A stretch of 64,000 nucleotides of DNA from Candidatus Latescibacterota bacterium (GTDB lineage Bacteria; Latescibacterota; UBA2968; UBA8231). The stretch is from assembly GCA_965221775.1 (NCBI GenBank), contig CBDCSU010000006.1, positions 1,344,001 through 1,408,000 on the forward strand, written 5' to 3'. Below, piece after piece: positions 1-9,718 of this stretch. The notes beneath the pieces were generated by a model. That model was given only the letters and a program-made list of their open reading frames with translations. It was not told the origin of the DNA and made no database searches. Both the position numbers and the translations under genes were made by a program. Position 1 is the stretch's first letter; every line of letters starts with the position of its first letter.

Positions 1-1815
1 CCCCACCTGGGTGAAGGAGTGCTCGCCGAAGGCCCCTGACTGGACGATCAGGCTCCGGCTCTCGCTGTGGCTGGTGTTCACCAGCTGGATCCCGCAGCCG
101 TCGGCGGAGAGGTCGTCCACGAGGGCGGCCACGTCCGGCGGCAGGCCGGGGCGGGTGGCGTCGGCGTCGAAGTAGCGCACCGTGGCGCGCAGGATGCCGC
201 CGTTGTAGAGCTGGCCCGGGCAGCCCATGGTGGTCTGCACCAGGCCCTTGACGATCACCGGGTTCGGCGGCCAGGCGTTGTCGTCGATGATCTGCTGCAC
301 GCTGCGGTCGTCGCGGTTCATGCCCTCGAGGAAGGCGGCGGCCTGCTGGTAGTCGGACTGCAGGCACTGCACCGGCCAGCCCGGGTTCCTGCCGTCGTAG
401 TACTGGAAGCGGGCGAACTCGGTGCGGGCGCCGCCGCGGTCGCCGATGGCGGGCAGCTCGTTCCAGTCGGTGCCGCCGCCGTCGCGCACGCGCATGACCA
501 GCTCGTAGTCGCCCTGTGACATCGACTCGTGCCACAGGTTGACCAGGTGGGCGGGGCCGCCGCGGATGGTGAACTCGTCGTACCCGAACCAGCCCGAAGG
601 GCCGTGGCTCTTGGGCACCACCAGGCGGCCGTCCTCCATGCGGCCGCGGTCGAGGAGGGCGACGACCTGCGAGCGCAGGACCTCCAGGTAGCCGTCGTCG
701 CCGCCGCTGAGCAGGTGGGCGCACTGGGCCCCCACGATGAGCCCGAGGAAGAGCCGGTCGGCGGCGCTCTCGCTGCTGCTCCAGCCGTGCAGCCCTCCCC
801 ACCACTGGCCGTCGCGGTGCTCGCCGACCTGGCCGGTGGGGCCGACGTTGTCGGGGATGACGCCGCCGTTGGCGCGGATGCGCTCGATCCAGCTGCCCAC
901 GTAGTCGAGGACCCACCTCTTGTACTTCTCGTCGCCGGTGTAGAGGTAGGCGTTGGTCACCAGGGCGGTGGCGCAGAGGCCGGCCGGCTCGTCGCCCTGG
1001 AGCGCCATCTTGTCGAAGAGGTCGAGGATCTCCTCGCGGCGGGCCTCGTCCTCGTACCAGCGCGACTCCAGCTCCTTGATCTTCGGGTAGAGGAAGTGGG
1101 GGGTCAGCGGCCCGGGGCTCGGGTTGTCCTGGATCACGTTGCGGTGTCCGAAGTCGCCGATGGAACCGCGGTCGAGCCAGTGGCGCACGAGGTGGACGTA
1201 GTTGGAGACGCCTCCCTCCCTGTGGATGATCTCCTTGTGCTGGCGCACGGAGGTCATTGGGCCGGCGCCGCCGTGGAGGGGCGAGCGGAATATGCCGCGC
1301 TCGGCGTCGAAGTTGGGGGCTGCCGGGTCCTCGCCGATGTACATGGCCGCGAACCTGCGGGCCCGCTCGCGGTTGGAGGGGTTCGTCGGGTCGGCGACGC
1401 CGAAGTCGTAGAGCATCTGGTTGCCCTCGCCCATGTGGAACCAGTCGGCGTTGAAGGGCACGTTGAGGTTCCAGTACTCGTTGCGCAGCTGGGGCATGTA
1501 CATGGGGTGCATCGGCTCGTCGTCGGTGAGCTTGCGCTCCTCGCTGTAGAGCCAGGTGATGGCGTCCCACTCGCGCTTGGCGATGTGCAGGAAGCGCTCG
1601 TGGCCGCCGAGGGCGTAGAGCATGCCCCGCATGGAGCGGCTCTCGTAGGCGTCGTCCACGTCGAAGAAGTGGTAGACCCGGCCGTCGGAGCGGGCGTAGC
1701 CCTCGGTGGCGGCGTCGCCGGCGGTTTCCAGGATGTTGAAGAGGCGGCGCTGCAGCAGGGCCCACTCGGGAGGGGGGACGATGTCGGTGGCGACGATGGC
1801 CGGCGTGGATGCCAT
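1..1815 (-). CDS. Uncharacterised ~650-aa 'PPxWALL' family protein, paralog 1 (3' end runs off the window)
   Basis: Absent from the ORF track because no stop lies in the window. Manual translation from ATG 1815 gives MASTPAIVATDIVPPPEWALLQRRL...DVDDAYE...WFHMGEG...FGVADP...IVQSGAFGEHSFT, matching the motifs of the paralogs at 36674, 41255 and 49076. Confidence 0.9.
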   Translation of the reverse strand, partial: MASTPAIVATDIVPPPEWALLQRRLFNILETAGDAATEGYARSDGRVYHFFDVDDAYESRSMRGMLYALGGHERFLHIAKREWDAITWLYSEERKLTDDEPMHPMYMPQLRNEYWNLNVPFNADWFHMGEGNQMLYDFGVADPTNPSNRERARRFAAMYIGEDPAAPNFDAERGIFRSPLHGGAGPMTSVRQHKEIIHREGGVSNYVHLVRHWLDRGSIGDFGHRNVIQDNPSPGPLTPHFLYPKIKELESRWYEDEARREEILDLFDKMALQGDEPAGLCATALVTNAYLYTGDEKYKRWVLDYVGSWIERIRANGGVIPDNVGPTGQVGEHRDGQWWGGLHGWSSSESAADRLFLGLIVGAQCAHLLSGGDDGYLEVLRSQVVALLDRGRMEDGRLVVPKSHGPSGWFGYDEFTIRGGPAHLVNLWHESMSQGDYELVMRVRDGGGTDWNELPAIGDRGGARTEFARFQYYDGRNPGWPVQCLQSDYQQAAAFLEGMNRDDRSVQQIIDDNAWPPNPVIVKGLVQTTMGCPGQLYNGGILRATVRYFDADATRPGLPPDVAALVDDLSADGCGIQLVNTSHSESRSLIVQSGAFGEHSFTQVG

Positions 1816-2038
1816 GGGGGAGCGTCTCCTCTGATTTCGATGGACTTGCGGTGACCCCGGGGCGGGTCCATTGGGACCGCTCGGGCCGGGTGCCTGGCCG
1901 GACGGGGGCGGCAAGTATAGGCCGGCTCCCTCGCCGGAGGAAGCGTTCCCGCGCCGGCGGTGGACAGGTCCGGGCGGCCAGATCCGGCCATGTTCACTAC
2001 CTTCGGACCCCGACCCCCAGACCTTGCGGAGAGCCTGC

Positions 2039-3181
2039 ATGATCATCGATTCACACGTCTACTGCTTCGAGCCGGCCACCAGCCCCGCCGGCCACGCCAC
2101 CGGCGAGGACCACATGAAGTGGCTGCAACTGGCCCACGCCGCCCATCATCAGCCGGCGATCCGCATCCGCGACCGCTCGCCGGGACCGTCGGCGCCGCTC
2201 AATCCCTCGGGCCGCTGGGACCCCGGCGCCGCGCCGGACGTGAACTTCCGGATCAACTCCGCCAGGGGCCGGGTGGTGTGGAACCACGAGGGCGAGGAGT
2301 ACACCAAGCACTTCTATCCCCCGGACATGGGAGAGCTGGACTACACCCACTTCAGCCTGACCTGCGAGATGGACTACGCCGGCGTCGACATGGCCCTGCT
2401 CCACGTCGACCCCATACTGGGGCGGGACAGCGCCTTCCAGGCCGCCTGCGTCGAGCGCTTCCCCGACCGCCTGCGCTCCATGGCGCCGGTGGACGAGTGG
2501 CGCATCGTCCCGGAGACCGACGCCGTCATCGGCGAGCTGCAGCGGGCGATCGGCGAGCTCGGCCTGCACGCCGTCAAGTTCTGTCCGCCCCACGCCTACC
2601 TGGGCAACCAGGAGCCCTGGGACGACGGCCCCTTCCGCCCCTTCTGGGAGGCGGCCACGGCCCTGGGCGTGCCGGTCTTCTTCACCTTGGGATCGGGTCC
2701 CGCCGGGATGGCCGGCGAGGATCCGCCCGGCGGGCAGCGGCAGGAGTACCTGGACGAGCTGCGCATCCTCACCCGCTGGATGGAGCGCTACCCCGACACC
2801 GTCTGCTCCCTCACCCACGGCTTCCCGTGGCGGCTCTTCCTCGAGGGCGGCCGCATCGTCCTGCCGGAGGAGGTCTGGGAACCCTTCGCGAGCCCGAGCT
2901 GCCACCTCGAGGTCTGCTTCCCCGTGCGGCTGGGCGACCTCTTCGACTTCCCCTGGCGGGAGGTCTGGCCGACGCTGGAGGAGATGGTCGCCCGCGTCGG
3001 CTCCGACCGCCTGCTGTGGGGGACGGACATGCCCTTCCAGAACCGGTTCTGCACCTACCGGCAGTCGCGCCGGTGGATCGAGCACTACTGCGACTTTCTG
3101 ACCGACGCTGACAGGGACGCCATCATGGGCCTTACCGCGGCGCGCATCCTGGGGATCGAGACCGGGGGCGGCCGGGTATGA
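2039..3181 (+). CDS. Amidohydrolase family protein (Amidohydro_2-type TIM barrel)
   Basis: N-terminal IIDSHVY and C-terminal LLWGTDMPF motifs. Start trimmed to ATG 2039 within ORF 1871..3181. Confidence 0.85.
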   Translation: MIIDSHVYCFEPATSPAGHATGEDHMKWLQLAHAAHHQPAIRIRDRSPGPSAPLNPSGRWDPGAAPDVNFRINSARGRVVWNHEGEEYTKHFYPPDMGELDYTHFSLTCEMDYAGVDMALLHVDPILGRDSAFQAACVERFPDRLRSMAPVDEWRIVPETDAVIGELQRAIGELGLHAVKFCPPHAYLGNQEPWDDGPFRPFWEAATALGVPVFFTLGSGPAGMAGEDPPGGQRQEYLDELRILTRWMERYPDTVCSLTHGFPWRLFLEGGRIVLPEEVWEPFASPSCHLEVCFPVRLGDLFDFPWREVWPTLEEMVARVGSDRLLWGTDMPFQNRFCTYRQSRRWIEHYCDFLTDADRDAIMGLTAARILGIETGGGRV

Positions 3182-3330
3182 GCAGCCGGTATTTCCACAT
3201 ATATTGGAGCCCCGGAGCCCTCGCCCCCCGGCTGACCCGGCCGGCGGCGCAAGCCTCGCCCGCCGCCACGGGGAGGCCCCGCAGCCGCTCACTCCTCCGG
3301 TCCCTGGTGGCCGGGCCGAAGGCGCTCCCC

Positions 3331-5046
3331 ATGCAGATGGCCATGCCGATTCCGAAGGCCCCCGCCCGCCGCTTGTCCATCCCCTCCTCCACCCGGGTGC
3401 GCTTCCTCGCGCCCGCCCTCCTCGCCGCCCTCCTCGCCGGCTGCGGTCCCGACGAACTGGTCCTGGCCCGGGTCGGGGATTCCGAGATCACCGACTCCGG
3501 ACTGCAGAGGTTCGTCGACCGGTTGCCCGACCACCTGGTGAGCGACCAGCAGGGGGTCGCAGCCGACCGGGACCACCTGGAGAGCCTGGTCGACCAGGAG
3601 CTGCTGCTGCTGGAGGCCCGCAGCCGGGGGCTGGACACCACCTCGGCGCTGGCCCGGCAGATGGAGGACGCGGAGCGGGCCTGGCTCTCCCGGCGCTACC
3701 AGCGCCAGGTGATCGCCCCCAAGGTCGAGATCGGCCCCAAGGAGGTGGAGCGCGCCTTCCACGACATGGGCTTCGACCGCGAGCGGCTGCTGCAGCGCAT
3801 CGTCCTCAAGGGGAGCGAGGCCGAGGCCCGCGCCGTCTTCGAGCAGCTCGAGTCGCGAACCGACTACGACGAGCTGGCCAGGGAGTACGCCCCCAACGAC
3901 CCCAGCACCGACTCGACCGGAACCATCGGCTGGGTCGGCGTGCCCGGACTCAAGCGCCTGCGGGTGCCGCAGGGCGAGTTCCTCTCCCTGCCGGTGGGAA
4001 CGCCGGCCCTGCTCCCCCTCTCGCAGCTGGTGTGGCAGATCATCCGCTTCGCCGAAGACCGCGAGGCGCCGATCCAGCTCTACGCCGAGGACGTCCGCAA
4101 GCTCCTCTACATGGAACAGTGGTGGCGCCGCACGGAGGAGGAGATCGAGCTGCTCCGGCGGGACCAGGACGTGCGCCCCCACCCGGAGGGGGTGCGGGCC
4201 CTCATCGAGCGCACCGAAGCGCGCCAGCCGGAGCTGACCCCGGAGCAGGCCCGCCAGCCGCTGTTCACCTGGGCCGGCGGCGGCCCCATCACCGCCGCCG
4301 ACTTCGTCGACCGGGTCCGCAAGATGGCCAAGAGCTCGGCCCTGTCGGACAGCGCCCTCATCCTCTCCATCGCCGAGCGGGAGCTCCTCTACCCCCGTCT
4401 CTTCGCCTTCGCGGCGCGGCAACGAGGATGGCACCAGGACGAGGCCTTCGACGAGTGGCGGGCCCACACCCGCGACGGGCTCCTGGTGGACCACCTGATG
4501 CAGACCGAGGTGGAGGACCACCTGGTGTTCTCGGAGGAGGAGGTTCGGGGCTACTTCGAGGCGAACCGCGAGTTGTTCAGCGCCGGCGACAGGGCCCGCA
4601 TCGAGGAAGTGCACACGGAGGACGAGGACGAGGCCCGGGGGTGGCGCGGCGAGATCGAGGGGGGAGCAACCTTCGCCGAGATCCTCCGGCGTCCGGGCGC
4701 GGCCTCCCACGGCATCCACAGGAGGGGCGGGGAGATGGTCCTGCAGCGCCATCTCGCCGAGGGCTTTCCGGAGCTGGTGGAGGCCGCCTTCTCGGCGCCC
4801 GTGGGCGAGGTGCTGGGTCCTCTGTACCTGGAGAAGGTCGACAGCCATGCGATCCTGCGGGTCCTGGAGCGGGAGGGCAGCCGCCTCCTGACCTTCGAGG
4901 AGGCGAGCGCCGCCGTGGCGCAACACCTGCGCGCCAAGGAGCGGGACACCCGGGTCTCCGCCCTCTTCGAGTCCCTGCGGAGCAGATACGGGGATCGCAT
5001 ACAGGTCTTCGAGGACCGCCTGGAACAACGGCACGCAAAGGGGTAA
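3331..5046 (+). CDS. PpiC/parvulin-type (SurA/PrsA-like) chaperone, probable lipoprotein
   Basis: Hydrophobic stretch ending LLAGC (lipobox), VLARVGDSEIT, LESLVDQELLLLEARSRGL, and two rotamase-like segments (YDELAREY..GTIGW; FAEI..GG..PELVEAAFSAPVGEVLGP). Start uncertain (3178-3343). Confidence 0.75.
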   Translation: MQMAMPIPKAPARRLSIPSSTRVRFLAPALLAALLAGCGPDELVLARVGDSEITDSGLQRFVDRLPDHLVSDQQGVAADRDHLESLVDQELLLLEARSRGLDTTSALARQMEDAERAWLSRRYQRQVIAPKVEIGPKEVERAFHDMGFDRERLLQRIVLKGSEAEARAVFEQLESRTDYDELAREYAPNDPSTDSTGTIGWVGVPGLKRLRVPQGEFLSLPVGTPALLPLSQLVWQIIRFAEDREAPIQLYAEDVRKLLYMEQWWRRTEEEIELLRRDQDVRPHPEGVRALIERTEARQPELTPEQARQPLFTWAGGGPITAADFVDRVRKMAKSSALSDSALILSIAERELLYPRLFAFAARQRGWHQDEAFDEWRAHTRDGLLVDHLMQTEVEDHLVFSEEEVRGYFEANRELFSAGDRARIEEVHTEDEDEARGWRGEIEGGATFAEILRRPGAASHGIHRRGGEMVLQRHLAEGFPELVEAAFSAPVGEVLGPLYLEKVDSHAILRVLEREGSRLLTFEEASAAVAQHLRAKERDTRVSALFESLRSRYGDRIQVFEDRLEQRHAKG

Positions 5047-5057
5047 GGAGCCAGTCG

Positions 5058-7730
5058 ATGAACCTGCACGGCAATCCGGCAGCCGCTCTCGGTCTCCTGG
5101 GGCTGCTCGCCCTGGGCCTGCTGCCCGCCTCGGCGCAGCAGGACTACGGTGCGCGGCTGGGCCTCCGCCAGGGGGAGGAGTACAGCCTCGCTCCCCAGGG
5201 GCCGGGAGTGATGCTCAACGCCGTCGACCCGGCCATGCGCAAGTGGTACGTGCCCCAGGAGCTCTACCTGGACTACCGCTGGCGCCAGTGGGACTACACC
5301 AACTACGCCCGCGACCACTACCAGCGCTACATCGACACCACCCTCGAGGGCGAGCACTTCTACGACATCTACGGCAACTTCCTCACCCGGGGCTGGTTGA
5401 TCTACAACAACTCGCAGACCACGCCGGAACAGTTCGGGAACTCGCTGCTCAAGTCCAACCGCTTCCGGGACTGGTTCTCCGGCGTCGTGGTGACTCACGA
5501 CCAGAAGGGCCAGTACCACTTCTCCCTCACCGTGAGCAATCAGCTGCGCACGGTGCTGACGCCCATGGTGTTCTCCAAGCCGCGTTTCGACGGGCTGCAG
5601 TTCGACCTGGCCACCGACCGCGCCGAGGCTACCCTGCTCTATTCGCGCATCAGCAGCCCCGGCGGCAGCAGCACCCTCGACCGGGAGTTCCTGAGCACCA
5701 ACAACACCAGCCTCGTGGGCGGGCGGCTGGCCGCCCAGATCGGCGACTACCTCAAGCTCGGGGTCCACGGCGTCAACGCCCACCAGTCCAACACGCTGCG
5801 GGACAAGACCAGCTGGAACCCCTTCGCCGGCGAACTGACGGTGGCCCAGAACGAGGCGATCTCCTCCATCGAGATCGTCCTGCGCGACGACTCCCCCGGG
5901 GACGGGGAGGGCGGCGCCGCCTGGTTCCCCGCCGGGTCCGACATCTTCATCACCTACCAGGACGGTACGCAGGAGCGCGGCCGGGAGATCGGATTCCAGC
6001 CGGTGGTGGAGGGCGGCATCGTCCGCCAGGGCTTCATCGCCGCCGACGGCACCGAGGAGATCCGGCTGATCTACAACTTCGACAGCCCCGGATTCCTCGA
6101 CCGCGCGAAGTACACCAAGACCGAGATCGTCGAGGTCGAGTTCCAGCTGCAGATGGGCAACGACTACCAGGTCTGGATGACCTCCGACAGCCAGACCGAC
6201 TTCCACGGGCAGCCGGTGCTGCTCCTGGTGGCCCAGGCCGAGGGCAACGTCCGCGACATCACCAACCTGCGCACCCTGCGCTTCCACTACGGCCTGCCCA
6301 CGGCGACCCACGTGGCCGGCGGCAGCCTGGAGATCCGCGCCCCCTTCGGCCTCGACGTGTACGGCGAGTACGACCGCAGCTGGAGCTACCGCAAGTACCC
6401 CAACGCCGCCGAGGAGATCCACCACTCCAGCTCGGGGATCGAGGGCGCCGAGAGCGCGCCGGCGTGGATGCTGAACGTCTCCCGGAGGAAGGCCCCCTGG
6501 TTCCTCTTCGGCGAGGCCTACAGCATGGACCCGTTCTACAACACGCGATCCCTCCTGTGCACCCGGGTCGGGGAGATCTACTACGGCGACACCCGCCGGA
6601 GCGGGTACGAGCTGGTGGAGGACAACGACGACCACGACCGCATCCCCGACACGGTGCGCTCGGACTGGTTGAGGGGCGACACGGAGGTCTATCCCGGCTG
6701 GGACCAGAATAATGACTTCGTGCCCGACTTCAACCAGAACGACAACAGGGTCCGAACCAATGCCGTGCCCGACTACGAGGAGGCCTTCCTGCGCTTCGGC
6801 GTGGACCCGCCGGAGTTCCTCTTCGGCGTCGACATGAACCACAACTTCTGGGTCGACCAGTACGAGAACGACGAGGCTCCCGACTTCCCGTACCGCAAGG
6901 ACCACGAGGGGTTCAACATCTACGGCGGCGCCGAGGTCGCCCCGGGGATGAAGTTGATGGCGGGCGTGCTGCGCGAGGAGCTGATCTCCAGCGACCGCAG
7001 GAATCACAGCAACTACGCCCTGGCGACCATCGACTCGGACTCGCCCCGCTTCGGCCGCCTGCGCCTCTTCCTCATGACCCAGTGGGTCCAGGACGACATC
7101 CCCGACCCCCTGTTGCAGTGGGCTCCGGACAACTCCCTGCGCGGCGGCGAGCTCGTCCTCATCGAGGATCCCCTGCTTGGGCAGGACACCTGGATCAACC
7201 AGGTCTTCCTCGGCCACTCCCTGGAGTCGGGGCCGTGGCTGGTGGTCAACAAGGTGAACCACCTCCTCTACGACCAGCGCATGTCCGGCGAGCGCCGCCG
7301 GGAGCTCGGCCTGGCCGGCGAGGACTACTTCTTCGGCCTCATCGACAAGGTCAGCTACCGGCACCGGATCGGGCCTTTCCTCCTGGAGCCGCGGTGGAAG
7401 AGCGAGTACACCCGCCAGAGCCGCGGTCTCTTCGGCGCCGGACGGCGGTCGCGCCTCACCGAGATGGCGGGGATCATCGCCCAGACCCGGGTCCTGAGCT
7501 CCTCCAAGGTCCAGACCGGTGTCGAGTACCTGTACCTCAACGATCTCGACGACGACGAGCAGGACTTCGACGCCTTCACGGTGGCCGTGCAGTTCACCAC
7601 CGACTCCACCTACCTGGGCTACCGCCTGCGCTCGCTCCTGGGCGTCTCGGTCGAGCACCGCGCCTTCGAGGAGCGCGAGTCCCGGACCACCAACCAGTTC
7701 TTCGTCACCATCTACGCCGGTCTGGAGTAG
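5058..7730 (+). CDS. Large exported protein (890 aa), probable outer-membrane beta-barrel with Asp/Asn-rich loops; paralog A1
   Basis: AAGGAG RBS before ATG 5058 and a signal peptide (…LLPASA-QQ). The C-terminal half has alternating beta-strand patterns ending FFVTIYAGLE. Colinear with 11807..14551. Confidence 0.75.
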   Translation: MNLHGNPAAALGLLGLLALGLLPASAQQDYGARLGLRQGEEYSLAPQGPGVMLNAVDPAMRKWYVPQELYLDYRWRQWDYTNYARDHYQRYIDTTLEGEHFYDIYGNFLTRGWLIYNNSQTTPEQFGNSLLKSNRFRDWFSGVVVTHDQKGQYHFSLTVSNQLRTVLTPMVFSKPRFDGLQFDLATDRAEATLLYSRISSPGGSSTLDREFLSTNNTSLVGGRLAAQIGDYLKLGVHGVNAHQSNTLRDKTSWNPFAGELTVAQNEAISSIEIVLRDDSPGDGEGGAAWFPAGSDIFITYQDGTQERGREIGFQPVVEGGIVRQGFIAADGTEEIRLIYNFDSPGFLDRAKYTKTEIVEVEFQLQMGNDYQVWMTSDSQTDFHGQPVLLLVAQAEGNVRDITNLRTLRFHYGLPTATHVAGGSLEIRAPFGLDVYGEYDRSWSYRKYPNAAEEIHHSSSGIEGAESAPAWMLNVSRRKAPWFLFGEAYSMDPFYNTRSLLCTRVGEIYYGDTRRSGYELVEDNDDHDRIPDTVRSDWLRGDTEVYPGWDQNNDFVPDFNQNDNRVRTNAVPDYEEAFLRFGVDPPEFLFGVDMNHNFWVDQYENDEAPDFPYRKDHEGFNIYGGAEVAPGMKLMAGVLREELISSDRRNHSNYALATIDSDSPRFGRLRLFLMTQWVQDDIPDPLLQWAPDNSLRGGELVLIEDPLLGQDTWINQVFLGHSLESGPWLVVNKVNHLLYDQRMSGERRRELGLAGEDYFFGLIDKVSYRHRIGPFLLEPRWKSEYTRQSRGLFGAGRRSRLTEMAGIIAQTRVLSSSKVQTGVEYLYLNDLDDDEQDFDAFTVAVQFTTDSTYLGYRLRSLLGVSVEHRAFEERESRTTNQFFVTIYAGLE

Positions 7731-7732
7731 GG

Positions 7733-9718
7733 ATGAGCCTCGGGGAGAAGGGCCGGAGCGCCGCCGCGCAGGCGGCTGCCATCTTCGCCGCCGCCCTGGC
7801 GGCCCGGTGGATCTACGTCCACCAGTCGGGCAGCCACCCTGTGCGCGACGTCCCGCTGGGGTCCGCCATCGCCCACCTGGAGCGGAGCTCGGGCGAGGCG
7901 GCCGGTTTCGCCTCCCTCTACGACGCCTTTCTCGCCATCCTCCCCGGGGACCTCGACCTGGTTCGCGGAGTCCAGGTGGTCCTCGGAGCCGTCAACTGCG
8001 TCCTGCTCTGGTGGCTGGCCAGGTCCGTCCTCCCGCCGAGGGCGGCTCTCGGGGCCGGCCTGGCCCTCGCCTTCTTCGGACCGGCCATCTACTTCTCCGG
8101 CGAGATCCTGCCCCCGGTGCCGGCCACGTGCCTGGTGCTGCTCGCCCTGATCACCCTGTCGCGGGCCCTCGCCTCTTCCGGGAAGCGGCCGTTCTGGCTG
8201 CCGGGGCTGCTGCTGGGGCTCGCCGCCCTCGCCGAGTGGTGGATCTGCCTCTTCGCCCTCGCCCTGGCCCTCTGGCTGCTGCGGAGCCACCGTGGCGCGG
8301 CCCTGCCTCTGGCCTTGGGGACCGCCGCCGTCCTGCTGCCCGCTTGGCTGCTGTCGGCCTGGTCGCCGGAGGCGGCCCCGGGGCTGGTGGAGGGGGTCCG
8401 ACGGGTCCACGCCCTGTGGCAGGGAGGCGAGTTCCTCGGGGAGCTGGATCCCTACTTCGGGAGCCGCAACTCCAGCCTGCTGTCGGTGTTGATGTGGGAC
8501 GAGGGGCTGGCCTTCCCCTTCGGCGTGGCGGCGCCGCTGGCGCTGGTGGGCATCCTCTCGCGCCTGCGCGGCGGGCGAGAGCCGCTGGAGACCGCCCTGC
8601 TCCTCTTCGCCGGCTGCTTCACCGTGCAGGCCCTGCTCCTGCCGTCCGCCGACTCGGCGGTACGCGCCCCGGTGGTGCCGGTCCTGCTGATCTTCGCCGC
8701 CGCCGGGGTGACGGCCATGGCCGCCCTTCCGAGGCTACCGGCCCTGGCAGCGGCGGCCGCCTGCCTACTGCTGGCCGTCGGCCTCAACGCCGGCGATGCG
8801 GGCGCCGAGGGCCGGGCCCGGCAGCACTACTGGCTCGGCCATGGCTTCGGCCAACTCGGACTGCGCGCCAACGCCGTCCGCGAGTACGAGACGGCCCTGG
8901 CCCTCGACCCCGCGAGGCTGGAGACCTACCAGGCCCTGGCCGGGCACTACCGGGCCCAGCAGGATGACATCCGCGCCGCCGGCCTCTACGAGAGCCTGCT
9001 TGAGCGCTGGCCGGAGATGCACGGGGCCCGCATGGCCCTCGCCAAGGTCTACCTGACCTCGGGACGGGCCGCCGAGGCGGCCAGATGCTACCGGGATCTG
9101 ATCGCGGCGCAGGCTGGCCCCGCGGACTCGCTGCTGACCCTGCTGGGCGACGCCCTGTTCCGCAGCGGCGACCTGGAGGGGGGCCTGGGCGCCTATGAGC
9201 AGGCGTTGGCGGCGGACCCGGAAAACGCCCGGGCCCGCGGCATGCTGGCGCTGCTCTACTCGGCCGCCGACCGGCTGCCCGAGGCGGAGGAGGCCTGCCG
9301 CGCGCTCTACGAGGGGGGACTGGTGGCCGAGTACGGTCCCGTCCTGGCCGAGGTGCTGATCCGCCGCGGCCGGGACGAGGAGGCGGCGGAGGTGCTGGAG
9401 CATGTCCTGGAGACGGCGCCGGACTCGGGCGCAGCCCTCGGCTTGAGGGGCCGGCAGCTCCACGAGCAGGGCCGCCACCGGGAGGCCGCGGCCCTCTTCG
9501 AGCGCCTGCGCGCGGTCTGGCCCGAGGACCACCGGGTCCACTACTACCTCGCCCTGATCTACGAGCGCCTCGGCGACGAGGCCCGGGCCGAGGAGTCCCG
9601 CCTCGCCTACGTCCGCCATCAGAGGAACCGCGAGCGCGAGGATCTGCAGGGGCACCTGACGATGGTGACGAGCATGATGACCGACCAGCTCCAGTCCCGC
9701 CTGGGGGTGGGGCCGTGA
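7733..9718 (+). CDS. GT-C (ArnT/PMT/GT39-like) multi-pass membrane domain fused to TPR repeats; possibly degenerate
   Basis: Many transmembrane segments followed by TPR-like helices (ALALDP, YEQALAADPEN). Paralog of 21865..23793, sharing LDPYF and GLAFPFG..PLAL.G. Confidence 0.7.
   Translation: MSLGEKGRSAAAQAAAIFAAALAARWIYVHQSGSHPVRDVPLGSAIAHLERSSGEAAGFASLYDAFLAILPGDLDLVRGVQVVLGAVNCVLLWWLARSVLPPRAALGAGLALAFFGPAIYFSGEILPPVPATCLVLLALITLSRALASSGKRPFWLPGLLLGLAALAEWWICLFALALALWLLRSHRGAALPLALGTAAVLLPAWLLSAWSPEAAPGLVEGVRRVHALWQGGEFLGELDPYFGSRNSSLLSVLMWDEGLAFPFGVAAPLALVGILSRLRGGREPLETALLLFAGCFTVQALLLPSADSAVRAPVVPVLLIFAAAGVTAMAALPRLPALAAAAACLLLAVGLNAGDAGAEGRARQHYWLGHGFGQLGLRANAVREYETALALDPARLETYQALAGHYRAQQDDIRAAGLYESLLERWPEMHGARMALAKVYLTSGRAAEAARCYRDLIAAQAGPADSLLTLLGDALFRSGDLEGGLGAYEQALAADPENARARGMLALLYSAADRLPEAEEACRALYEGGLVAEYGPVLAEVLIRRGRDEEAAEVLEHVLETAPDSGAALGLRGRQLHEQGRHREAAALFERLRAVWPEDHRVHYYLALIYERLGDEARAEESRLAYVRHQRNREREDLQGHLTMVTSMMTDQLQSRLGVGP

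Noticed and set aside
67-1854. Plus-strand ORFs 67..519 and 529..1854
   Set aside because: Antisense shadows of the real minus-strand gene 1..1815, which matches three paralogs.
1816-2038. Divergent intergenic region as a structured RNA
   Set aside because: No recognisable conserved motif by eye; an Rfam/Infernal search would be needed.
3204-5057. Apparent 1508-aa ORF 3204..7730
   Set aside because: The first ~618 codons are Pro/Arg/Gly-rich off-frame readthrough over the chaperone gene. The RBS and signal peptide mark 5058 as the start.
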